From positions 22,920-86,919 of the IMG/VR virus record IMGVR_UViG_3300027769_000023: a DNA stretch of 64,000 bases; one strand, 5' to 3'. The notes beneath the pieces were generated by a model. The model had not been told where the DNA came from. It saw only the letters and a program-made list of their open reading frames with translations, and did no database searches. Origin of the DNA: a virus. Taxonomy: Duplodnaviria > Caudoviricetes. Position 1 is the stretch's first letter. Each line of letters starts with the position of its first letter. Made by a program: the position numbers and the translations under genes. Below, piece after piece: positions 38,296 to 46,587 of this stretch.

Positions 38296-40069
38296 TTTTA
38301 ATGATTTTTTAGAAGCACTTAAGGATAGTCACTTTGAGGAAAAGCCTGTAGACGCAAAGACTTTTGTTGAAGACGAAAAGTTCTTAGGCCAGCCAGGACT
38401 GTCTGATATCCAGTACGATATCGTAGAAGCAATGAGTCAAATTTATAAAAAAGAAGACCTGCTAGATTTACTGGGAGAAGTTGAAGGAACAAGGTACTAT
38501 GAAAAATATACAAAAAACGAAATCATACTTCAACTAGGTAAGGGTAGTGGAAAAGACTTTACATCTACTGTTGCTTGCTGCTATATTGTATATAAACTGT
38601 TATGTTTAAAAGATCCTGCTAAGTACTTTGGTAAGCCATCTGGAGATGCTATCGACCTAATCAATGTTGCTATTAACGCACAACAGGCAAAGAATGTTTT
38701 CTTTAAAGGCTTTAAGAGCAAGATTGAAAGATCCCCTTGGTTTGCTGGTAAGTTTTATGCTAAGGCAGACTCAGTAGAGTTTAACAAATCAATAACTGTT
38801 TATTCTGGTCACTCTGAAAGAGAATCTCATGAGGGACTAAACCTTTTGCTTGCAGTGCTCGATGAGATTTCTGGCTTTGCATCTGAAGTTAATACAGGTA
38901 ATGAGCAGGGAAAGACTGCTGACAATATCTACAAAGCCTTCCGTGGATCAGTAGACTCCCGTTTCCCAGATCTTGGAAAGGTTGTTTTACTTTCTTTCCC
39001 TAGATACCCAGGAGACTTTATTTCAGAAAAGTATGATGCTGTTGTTGCAGAAAAAGAAGTTGTTGAAAGATCTCACACATTTATCATTAATCCATTATTA
39101 CCAGAAGATGATCCATCAAATAAATTTGATATCACATGGGATGAGGATCAGATTACATCGTACAAGTATCCAGGAGTATTTGCACTAAAGAGACCAACAT
39201 GGGAAGTAAATCCAACAAGAAAGATTGATGATTTTAAGATTGCTTTTATGACTGACCTAGGAGATGCAATGATGCGTTTTGCATGTGTTCCAACCTTTGC
39301 GTCTGATGCTTTTTTTAAGCAGGCAGACAAAGTTGCAGCGTGCATGACACTAAGAAATCCAATTGATAACTTTAGAAGATTCGATGAATCATTTGTGCCA
39401 GATCCAAATAAGGTTTACTATGTCCACGCTGACCTTGCACAGAAGCACGATAAGTGTGCAGTAGCAATTGCTCATGTAGATAAGTGGGTAAATATTCAGG
39501 TAATCAATAACTATGAACAGGTAGCACCAATAGTTGTAGTTGATGCCGTAGCATGGTGGGAGCCAAAAGTAGAAGGGCCAGTTAATCTTTCAGAAGTTAA
39601 GCAGTGGATTCAAAACCTTCGTAGACTTGGATTTAATATTGGAATGGTTTCGTTTGACCGTTGGCAATCGTTTGATATTCAAAATGAATTAAAGCAGGTT
39701 GGAATGAGAACTGATACTGTTTCTGTTGCCAAGAAGCACTATGAGGATATGGCAATGCTTGTATACGAGGAAAGGCTAGCAATGCCATCAATTGATCTAC
39801 TCTTTGATGAACTGACGCAGTTGAAAATTATGAAAAATGATAGAGTTGACCACCCCAGAAAAAAGTCAAAGGACTTGGCTGATGCTGTGTGTGGTGCTAT
39901 TTTTGGTGCTATTTCTCACACGCCCAAAAATAATAACACTGAGGTTGAGATTCACACATTTAGGGATAGACCAAAGGGTGAACTTGACATTGGGAAAGAC
40001 AATGTGATACAATTTAAACCTATGCCAAACGATGTAAAAGATTATTTGGATAGATTAAATCTACTATAA
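38285..40069 (+). CDS. terL: Terminase large subunit
   Basis: Walker A LGKGSGKD, Walker B VLDE, LSFPR, nuclease HADLA / DRWQS / KDLADA. Confidence 0.9.
   Translation: MMADFNDFLEALKDSHFEEKPVDAKTFVEDEKFLGQPGLSDIQYDIVEAMSQIYKKEDLLDLLGEVEGTRYYEKYTKNEIILQLGKGSGKDFTSTVACCYIVYKLLCLKDPAKYFGKPSGDAIDLINVAINAQQAKNVFFKGFKSKIERSPWFAGKFYAKADSVEFNKSITVYSGHSERESHEGLNLLLAVLDEISGFASEVNTGNEQGKTADNIYKAFRGSVDSRFPDLGKVVLLSFPRYPGDFISEKYDAVVAEKEVVERSHTFIINPLLPEDDPSNKFDITWDEDQITSYKYPGVFALKRPTWEVNPTRKIDDFKIAFMTDLGDAMMRFACVPTFASDAFFKQADKVAACMTLRNPIDNFRRFDESFVPDPNKVYYVHADLAQKHDKCAVAIAHVDKWVNIQVINNYEQVAPIVVVDAVAWWEPKVEGPVNLSEVKQWIQNLRRLGFNIGMVSFDRWQSFDIQNELKQVGMRTDTVSVAKKHYEDMAMLVYEERLAMPSIDLLFDELTQLKIMKNDRVDHPRKKSKDLADAVCGAIFGAISHTPKNNNTEVEIHTFRDRPKGELDIGKDNVIQFKPMPNDVKDYLDRLNLL
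39984..40013 (+). promoter_or_regulatory. Promoter TTGACA-18-TACAAT (TG extension) embedded in terminase 3' end
   Basis: Upstream of AAAGGA RBS of the secreted protein gene. Confidence 0.65.
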
Positions 40070-40087
40070 AGAAAAGGAATAAATTAA

Positions 40088-41194
40088 ATGAACTCATTTA
40101 AGAAAATCGCACTAGCCATGGTTGCAGCCATGACTTTGGGCACAATCGTAGCATCACCTGCAAGTGCTGCTGTAATGACAGTCGCTGTATCGCTTGACAC
40201 TGTAGCAAACACTACATCATCAGCAATCGCCACGCCTGCATCATTGCCAGTGCCTGCAGACAATTCAGTTGACGCTGCTGATGCACTAAAGTTTATTGCA
40301 ACAGTTGATGTTGGAACAAACGTAACAGTCGTAGCAACAAATGCAACAATCGTGTCTGCACTACACACAACTGCTGCACCAGTAGGAGCAACATCAGGAT
40401 CATCATCTTTGACAATTGCAACTGGTACAGGAACAACAGCAACATTTTATGTCTATACAAAGACAACAGCAATTGGTACAGTTGTAATCACCAACGGTGG
40501 AACACAACTTACATACTACGTACAGGGAACTGCTGGCAAGATTAATAATCTAACAGTATCTGCTCCTGCTACAGGCGCTGCTGGTACAAAGCAAGACATC
40601 ACAGTTACAGCATCAGATGTATTCGGAAACAAGGTTTCTGGTAAGTCTATCACTGCAACAGTGTTTGCTTCAACAGCAGTAATGGATACAGCAACAGCAA
40701 CAACTGGTGCTACACTTTCAGATTTTGGAGTTGCTGCATTTAAGGCAACACTTCCAACAACTGGAACACGCTCACTTATTACATTCGCTGCAACAACATC
40801 TACTGATGCCGTTGCTGCTGCTGTAACAGGTTTGACTGCTCCAACACTTTCACCATTTGCAGAAATTACAGTTCGTGATCTAGCATCAGAACTTACTGCA
40901 CAGGTCGCAGCAAAGGATGCAGCACTTGCTGCAAAGGCTGCTTCGGATGCAGCACTAGTTAAGGCAACTGCAGAGCACACTGCTCTAATTGCTGCTGAGA
41001 AGGCTGCTTCTGCTAAGGCTCTTGCTGATGCAAAGGCTGTTTCAGATGCTGCACTTGCTTCTAAGGATGCAACAATTGCTAAGTTGACAGCAGACAATGC
41101 TGCTACACTTAAGTCAATCAAGGATGCTTTCAATGCACTTGCAAAGAAGTGGAATGCAAAGAATCCAAAGGCTAAGGTTACTTACCTTAAGTAA
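40088..41194 (+). CDS. Secreted Ala/Thr-rich surface (S-layer-like) protein, Ig-like repeats plus C-terminal coiled coil
   Basis: Sec signal MNSFKKIALAMVAAMTLGTIVASPASA; own promoter and terminator; strong GCA/ACA/GCT codon bias. Confidence 0.7.
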   Translation: MNSFKKIALAMVAAMTLGTIVASPASAAVMTVAVSLDTVANTTSSAIATPASLPVPADNSVDAADALKFIATVDVGTNVTVVATNATIVSALHTTAAPVGATSGSSSLTIATGTGTTATFYVYTKTTAIGTVVITNGGTQLTYYVQGTAGKINNLTVSAPATGAAGTKQDITVTASDVFGNKVSGKSITATVFASTAVMDTATATTGATLSDFGVAAFKATLPTTGTRSLITFAATTSTDAVAAAVTGLTAPTLSPFAEITVRDLASELTAQVAAKDAALAAKAASDAALVKATAEHTALIAAEKAASAKALADAKAVSDAALASKDATIAKLTADNAATLKSIKDAFNALAKKWNAKNPKAKVTYLK

Positions 41195-41208
41195 TTAGTC
41201 CAACAACT

Positions 41209-41241
41209 GAGGGGGTTAGCCAAGTGCTAGCCCTCTTTTTT
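41209..41241 (+). terminator. Intrinsic terminator
   Basis: GAGGGGGTTAGC-caagt-GCTAGCCCTC followed by a T6 tract. Confidence 0.75.
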
Positions 41242-41252
41242 GTGCAATAAAA

Positions 41253-41261
41253 TGGTATAAT
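41253..41261 (+). promoter_or_regulatory. Extended -10 promoter (TGgTATAAT)
   Basis: Just after the terminator, upstream of the PA14 gene. Confidence 0.6.
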
Positions 41262-41333
41262 CATCCTAACAGACATCTTTGTCTGCAAGGGGGAAAGGTA
41301 ATTAAAAATCTAATACGCATAGTAGCAGCCACA

Positions 41334-43418
41334 ATGTTAGCATTTGGTTGGCTTTTTATGTCCCCAGATGGCGCACACTCTGATGATCCTCTTACAGTTG
41401 CAGCCAAGCAGATTGAAAACCTCAATAGCGCAGTAGATAAACTAGACTATAAAGATGGTCTAATTAATATGATTGACATAGCAGAAAACAAGTTTATGTA
41501 TGCTAAAAATTTGCGGGATGTCAGAAACACAGCAATTGCAGACTACGAAGATGCAGTAGATGCAGAAGCCTCAGCCTTAGAAGATATGGATCTTGCCCAG
41601 TCAAATGTAGATGGGCAGACAGCAACAGTAGCCCTAGCACTTGAACATAAAAATGATTCCTACGATTCCCTTGGCATAGCCAACATCAACCTATCAAATG
41701 CACAGCAAGCCCTAAATGGTGCTGGTGGAGCAGGATTGAAATACGATGTTTATAGTTTAATTAGAGTCAATGGTTTGGCAGCCACAGATCAATTCTTATG
41801 TAGTGGAACAATAAATGGAAACTATATGACTCGTCCAGTTTGTGGTAACAGATATGAAAACTTTATAGTTAAATTTACTGGACAGATAACTGTTCCATCA
41901 TGGTTTACGCAAGCATACTTTGCAGGATATACAGATGATGGTTTTAGAATGTATATTGACGGATCATTGGCCGTAGACAACTGGGTAGAGCAAGGAACAA
42001 CTTGGAGTGATTACTCTCCTGTATATGATGTAACTACAGACAAAACATTTGATGTAGAGATTTGGTGGTACAACGGTGGAGGACCTGGATCTTATCATCT
42101 TGGTTGGGGTATTCCTGGAGGATGGACTGGTGCAGGATGTGACTATGCTGGAGATCCAAGAGTATGGGGACAAAATTTCAGTTGCAATTTAAATACATTT
42201 TCTTCTGGTTCTGGACCAACTGCAACACAGACTGCAGAATATCAAGCAGCACTAAGTGCAAAGAATGCAGCACAGCAAGAATATAATGATAAACTAAATA
42301 TTTATAACCAAGAGGTTGCAACATTAAATTCATATAATCAAGATTTGGCTAATAAGATATCTGAGTATGAAAATGCTGTTAACGATACAGAAGATGCTTT
42401 ATCTGAAAAGAATAATGCCGTATCTAATTTTAACAACGCAATACTTGATGTTAATAGTGCCATTGATGACGCATGGCGTTACTATGATGAACAATCACAA
42501 AGAGAAATTCAAAGAGCAATTGCTCAAGCAGCAGCCAATGCTGCAGCAAACCAGCCTACACCAGAGCCAAAGCCTACGGTTGAACCAGAAAAGCCAAAGC
42601 CTTCTGCTCCACCAACAGAAAAGCCTGAGCCAAAACCAAGTGGTGATACCTCTACAGAAAATCCAGATCCAAAGCCAACACAGCCAGGTCCAAAACCTAC
42701 ACCACCAGAAGAGCCTAAGCCAGAGCCTACAGATAAGCCAAAGCCAGAAGAACCTAAGCCTACACCTGCCCCAAGTCCTGAACCGAAGCCAGAGCCTACT
42801 CCAGAGCCTTCTGTAGAGCCTTCCCCAGAACCTAAACCACTTCCAAGACCAGACTTTAAGCCAGCAGAAAATATTGATCCAGTAATCAAGGATGCAGTAT
42901 TAGCAGCACTTATCCCACAAAAGGGTACAGGAAATGCAGAAGATCTATCTGGGGTTATTTCAAACCTTACAAGCAAGGATAACAAACTAGTTAAACTTTC
43001 TGTAGAACAAACAGCAGCAGTAAGTCAAACTCTTAAGTCTCTTACTCAAGAAGCCAAGGCAGAGGTAGCAGCAGACCTTGGTATTGCACCAGCAGAAGTT
43101 GCAAAGGTTGCAGAAGCAATGAAATCTAACCCTGCAGTAGCAGCAGCATTTGTTGAGTTCGCAGAAAGAGCAGGGGATGCAGGAGATACCCCAATGCCAT
43201 TTACATTAGCAGATGCAACAACAGAAGTACAAACAGAAGCATTCTTGGCAGACCCACTTGCAGCAGTATTTGAGGTGGATGTTACAGAACTCCTATCCAA
43301 TTTCTCTGAGTTGGGTATGGATATGACAGATGATCAGAGAGAAAAAGCGCAGGAAGTAATTGTCCCAGTGGTCATTGCATCACAAATTGCAGGGGCAGTC
43401 ATAAGGAGGAACAAATGA
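41334..43418 (+). CDS. Exported PA14-domain protein with coiled coils, Pro-rich linker and C-terminal hydrophobic anchor (true start may be ATT 41301)
   Basis: PA14 motifs FTGQITVP, YTDDGFRMYIDG, EIWWYNGGG; EPKP repeats; C-terminal VIVPVVIASQIAGAVIRR. Confidence 0.75.
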   Translation: MLAFGWLFMSPDGAHSDDPLTVAAKQIENLNSAVDKLDYKDGLINMIDIAENKFMYAKNLRDVRNTAIADYEDAVDAEASALEDMDLAQSNVDGQTATVALALEHKNDSYDSLGIANINLSNAQQALNGAGGAGLKYDVYSLIRVNGLAATDQFLCSGTINGNYMTRPVCGNRYENFIVKFTGQITVPSWFTQAYFAGYTDDGFRMYIDGSLAVDNWVEQGTTWSDYSPVYDVTTDKTFDVEIWWYNGGGPGSYHLGWGIPGGWTGAGCDYAGDPRVWGQNFSCNLNTFSSGSGPTATQTAEYQAALSAKNAAQQEYNDKLNIYNQEVATLNSYNQDLANKISEYENAVNDTEDALSEKNNAVSNFNNAILDVNSAIDDAWRYYDEQSQREIQRAIAQAAANAAANQPTPEPKPTVEPEKPKPSAPPTEKPEPKPSGDTSTENPDPKPTQPGPKPTPPEEPKPEPTDKPKPEEPKPTPAPSPEPKPEPTPEPSVEPSPEPKPLPRPDFKPAENIDPVIKDAVLAALIPQKGTGNAEDLSGVISNLTSKDNKLVKLSVEQTAAVSQTLKSLTQEAKAEVAADLGIAPAEVAKVAEAMKSNPAVAAAFVEFAERAGDAGDTPMPFTLADATTEVQTEAFLADPLAAVFEVDVTELLSNFSELGMDMTDDQREKAQEVIVPVVIASQIAGAVIRRNK
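42552..42853 (+). repeat. Degenerate coding repeats (PEPKP/PTEKP/PTPEP)
   Basis: About 100 codons of CCA-GAG-CCA-AAG-type repeats. Confidence 0.85.
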
Positions 43419-43645
43419 AGATAATAAATAAAGCCATCAACCTGGTAGGCAAAATGCTCAAAGGATTAATCAAATGGTTTAAAGACGCAGGAATGGAATT
43501 AATTGCACAGGCATTCACCCTCCTTGGCTTCTTTATCGCATGGCTAACTTTGACGGGATCAGCAAGAGACATTGTTGGTATTGCAGTATTAATAACAACA
43601 GTAATCTGGCTAGTTACAATCCCGCTAAGAAAAGAGGATAAATAA
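43415..43645 (+). CDS. Small membrane protein
   Basis: Two hydrophobic helices; ATGA coupled. Confidence 0.6.
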   Translation: MKIINKAINLVGKMLKGLIKWFKDAGMELIAQAFTLLGFFIAWLTLTGSARDIVGIAVLITTVIWLVTIPLRKEDK

Positions 43646-43857
43646 TGAAAGATAAATTAATGTGGGTAATTACCCTAGGTATATTAGGTTTCATTGGTCT
43701 TGTAGTTATTGGAGAATATGCTTCAATGCTTCTCCAACAATCAACATCAGGTGAAAAATATGGAACAAACGAAGATGCAATTGCATTAGTTCAAAATGCA
43801 CTGGTAGGACTAATAGGAATTATTGGTGGCTACTTTGCAGGAAAAGGAGATAAATAA
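43645..43857 (+). CDS. Small two-TM membrane protein
   Basis: Two TM segments; TAATG coupled. Confidence 0.6.
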   Translation: MKDKLMWVITLGILGFIGLVVIGEYASMLLQQSTSGEKYGTNEDAIALVQNALVGLIGIIGGYFAGKGDK

Positions 43858-44141
43858 TGGCAACTAAAAAAATAGTAGAACCCCCAAAGCAGGAGCACCC
43901 ACAGAAAGCAATAACAAATATCTTAATGAGAATTCTTGCGGTATTCGCAGCATCAGGACTATCAGTCTTGGGAGCAGGAGCCGTAGTAGGAATTGACACA
44001 GTTCAGGCAGTTATGCTTGCAGGACTCTTAGGAGTAGCAACAGTTATTGAAAGACTGGCAAGGGCTTTTTTGGACGATGGAAGGCTATCATTAGCAGAAA
44101 TAAATGATGCCTTTAAGTCTGTAGACAAAAAGGCTAGTTAG
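43857..44141 (+). CDS. Holin-like membrane protein
   Basis: Two TM segments plus charged C-terminus (DDGRLSLAEIN). Confidence 0.45.
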   Translation: MATKKIVEPPKQEHPQKAITNILMRILAVFAASGLSVLGAGAVVGIDTVQAVMLAGLLGVATVIERLARAFLDDGRLSLAEINDAFKSVDKKAS

Positions 44142-44157
44142 TCATTACTGACGGTAG

Positions 44158-44187
44158 TTGACAGCCCTCTCTGGGCAATGGTATACT
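44158..44187 (+). promoter_or_regulatory. Promoter TTGACA-18-TATACT (TG extension)
   Basis: Intergenic, near-consensus. Confidence 0.75.
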
Positions 44188-44219
44188 TAAGTATCACCTA
44201 TCTGGAGAGGGCTTCTGCC

Positions 44220-44744
44220 ATGACTTGTATTGCTGTTGTACGCCATGAAGATAAAATTTATATGGCTGGAGATCGTGGAGCATCAGATGATGGAACAATC
44301 CTAGCACTTGATGCACCAAAAGTTTGGAAGATAGGCCCCTATCTTATTGGGTATGCAGGGGCAATGGACGGAGAAAGAATCCGTTATAATTTTAAACCAT
44401 CCGTACCCAACATAAGAGATACAGATAGGTTCATGCAAACAAAGTTTATTAAAGAACTAAAAGAATTTTATAATGAGTTTTGGGTTGACACATCCAAAGA
44501 TGGCGACCTTGGTTTGATAATTGCAGTTCGTGGAAATATCTATGAGCATAGTTCTGCAGACATGTCTTTATCTAAATACACGCTGCCATATCTTGCTATG
44601 GGTTCTGGAGCAGAGTATGCTTATGGAGTTTTATACGCAACAGATAAACAAAAGAATGCAAGGAACAGAGTTATTCAAGCAGTAAATGCTGCTATTAAAT
44701 TTAATCCATCCTGTATGGGTCCAGTTGACATCGTTAGTATTTAA
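44220..44744 (+). CDS. Ntn-hydrolase, HslV/proteasome beta-subunit-like peptidase
   Basis: M-TCIAV...MAGDRGAS, KVWK, GYAG, AMGSGAEYA; Thr at position 2. Confidence 0.75.
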   Translation: MTCIAVVRHEDKIYMAGDRGASDDGTILALDAPKVWKIGPYLIGYAGAMDGERIRYNFKPSVPNIRDTDRFMQTKFIKELKEFYNEFWVDTSKDGDLGLIIAVRGNIYEHSSADMSLSKYTLPYLAMGSGAEYAYGVLYATDKQKNARNRVIQAVNAAIKFNPSCMGPVDIVSI

Positions 44745-44753
44745 GGATATAAT
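44725..44753 (+). promoter_or_regulatory. Consensus promoter TTGACA-17-TATAAT, probably leaderless transcript
   Basis: Perfect consensus; 6 nt gap to ATG 44760. Confidence 0.8.
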
Positions 44754-44759
44754 TAAGTT

Positions 44760-44963
44760 ATGAACCATATGCATGATGATTTGTCACCCGAAGAGCAAGA
44801 GTTTGGTATCTGGCTTGAAAACGGAATTGAAAGAGGTTGGGTAACACCACCCTATTGTAATACTCATGATGGTGGATACGAATATATGGGCGAAGAGGAG
44901 CAAGAAGAATGGGAAGCAGGTGGCGACCCATGCCAACATGTCGTCAGATTGATGATATCGTAA
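44760..44963 (+). CDS. Hypothetical acidic Cys/His protein
   Basis: C..HD...DPCQH motif. Confidence 0.55.
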   Translation: MNHMHDDLSPEEQEFGIWLENGIERGWVTPPYCNTHDGGYEYMGEEEQEEWEAGGDPCQHVVRLMIS

Positions 44964-44981
44964 AAAGAAAAAGGTTTTAGT

Positions 44982-46493
44982 ATGAAAAAGTTTTTAATTG
45001 TTTTGTTATCTTTATCTTTTTTATCAACAGATACATCCTTTGCAGCAATAAAAGTAGGATCTGTTTGCAGCGTTAAGGGACAGGTGAAAACTGTTTCAGG
45101 ATATAAATACACCTGCATTAAATCTGGAAAGAAATTAGTTTGGAATAAGGTAGTTGTAGTAAAAACAACTACAAAACCAACTCCTAAACCAACCCCTACG
45201 CCAACCCCAACTGCCATTGGTGATCCTGAAGGTGCAGTTGGAGTCCCATCAACAACGATTACAAAGCCATTAGTCTTTGAGTATAAGAACAAATGTGAAG
45301 CAGACCCAGAGGTTCCTTCTCAATGGAAAGAATTTCAAAAAAATCAAATCAAGAGTGGGTGGTGTAGCACACCTTTGAGATATGTTAAAAAGTCACTATC
45401 GGATATCAAGCCTACAACAATACAAGACAATGAATCTAAATACTTAAATGTAAACGAATGCAAACTTCCAATTGGAAATAGTTGGCAAGAAGACGAGTCT
45501 AGAAACTTTCACTTGCACCCAAACTTAGTCATACAAGTTATTCCTTTTTCAACGCCAGACTACCAGGCATCCACAAACCCACAGGATGACTATAAAGATT
45601 ATTTTGACTTTATCAGGCAGTCACTCGAAGATATGACTGATGGTCCATCTAACTATAAGTTTATTATTCCTGCTAAATATTTTAAAATTAATAAGTCATT
45701 AGTTTCTTATGATGTTGGGCTTCATGCAAATCATGAGACCGAGTATGGCCAAAGAAACCTTGCTCGTGATTTGATTGCTATTGCTGATCCTGAAATTGAC
45801 TTTAGTAACGTAGACAGAGTGTGGGTTATGGGTCCACCAAATACAACCAATGAAGTTTTGTACAATTGGGGCGGTGGAGGGTTTACTCAAACCACAGAAA
45901 AACAAATTCCAGGAATATACATAAACATGACTCCATATGCATACGGATCTAAAGGCTGGAATGGTAGAGGTCCTTTTGGTGATCTACATGAGTTAATGCA
46001 TACTACAAGTAGCACTTTATACGATCATGAAACTATGGATGGCTGGGGAAATATGTCTGGTGCATCTATGGATTTTCTTGCTTGGGATAAGTGGACATCA
46101 AAATTTATTTCAGATTCTCAAGTAAGGTGTGTTTCATCAAGTGTAACTACAACTACCTGGATAAAGCCATCAACTGCAAGTGGACAATATGAAAAGTTAC
46201 TTCTTATTAAATTAAGTTCAACTAAAGTAATCGCTATTGAGTCAATTAGAAATACTGGATTTAACTTTAAGTTGCCACAATGTGAGCAAGGAGTTTTGAT
46301 TTACACAGTTGATGTAACTACTCTTTCACAACAGACTGGAAAAGGATTAGAATTAGTAAAAGGATTTTCCACTAAAAGTGGTTGCAAGGGAGGAACCTTT
46401 AAGTTAGGTGAGTCAGTTGTGTATGATAACATAAAAATAAGTATTCTGGAATCTGGAGATTTTGGAGATGTCGTTAAGGTTGAAAAGTCTTAA
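44982..46493 (+). CDS. Secreted zinc metallopeptidase (HExxH, M6/immune-inhibitor-like) with Pro/Thr linker
   Basis: Signal peptide; KPTPKPTPTPTPT; HELMH followed by GW.NM.G and W.KW segments. Confidence 0.6.
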   Translation: MKKFLIVLLSLSFLSTDTSFAAIKVGSVCSVKGQVKTVSGYKYTCIKSGKKLVWNKVVVVKTTTKPTPKPTPTPTPTAIGDPEGAVGVPSTTITKPLVFEYKNKCEADPEVPSQWKEFQKNQIKSGWCSTPLRYVKKSLSDIKPTTIQDNESKYLNVNECKLPIGNSWQEDESRNFHLHPNLVIQVIPFSTPDYQASTNPQDDYKDYFDFIRQSLEDMTDGPSNYKFIIPAKYFKINKSLVSYDVGLHANHETEYGQRNLARDLIAIADPEIDFSNVDRVWVMGPPNTTNEVLYNWGGGGFTQTTEKQIPGIYINMTPYAYGSKGWNGRGPFGDLHELMHTTSSTLYDHETMDGWGNMSGASMDFLAWDKWTSKFISDSQVRCVSSSVTTTTWIKPSTASGQYEKLLLIKLSSTKVIAIESIRNTGFNFKLPQCEQGVLIYTVDVTTLSQQTGKGLELVKGFSTKSGCKGGTFKLGESVVYDNIKISILESGDFGDVVKVEKS

Positions 46494-46502
46494 TGATATA
46501 AT
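46494..46502 (+). promoter_or_regulatory. Extended -10 motif TGaTATAAT overlapping tRNA base 1
   Basis: Sequence motif only. Confidence 0.35.
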
Positions 46503-46574
46503 GGGCTGTAACTCAGTTGGTAGAGTGGCGAACTGTTAATTCGCAAGTCGTAGGATCGAGGCCTACCAGCCCAG
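46502..46574 (+). tRNA. tRNA-Asn (GTT), no encoded CCA, atypical T-loop
   Basis: Acceptor TGGGCTG/CAGCCCA, D-stem ACTC/GAGT, anticodon stem GCGAA/TTCGC with loop CT-GTT-AA, T-stem GTAGG/CCTAC, discriminator G. Confidence 0.9.
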
Positions 46575-46587
46575 CAAGGAGAGCGTT

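Noticed and set aside
22860-40069. Inteins or introns in DnaB, DnaE, RecA or TerL
   Set aside because: Lengths are normal, and no C/S...HN splice motifs or homing-endonuclease inserts were seen.
40516-41133. 205-aa minus-strand ORF (also 42524-42985, 44864-45292, 59775-60230, 10530-10895 and others)
   Set aside because: Shadow ORFs antisense to well-supported + strand genes with GCA/ACA/CCA-biased codons, which lack stops on the reverse strand; no RBS or recognisable motifs.
42552-42853. Repeats as CRISPR, VNTR or DGR target
   Set aside because: Degenerate in-frame Pro-rich coding repeats; no reverse transcriptase and no template/variable repeat pair with adenine-specific differences.
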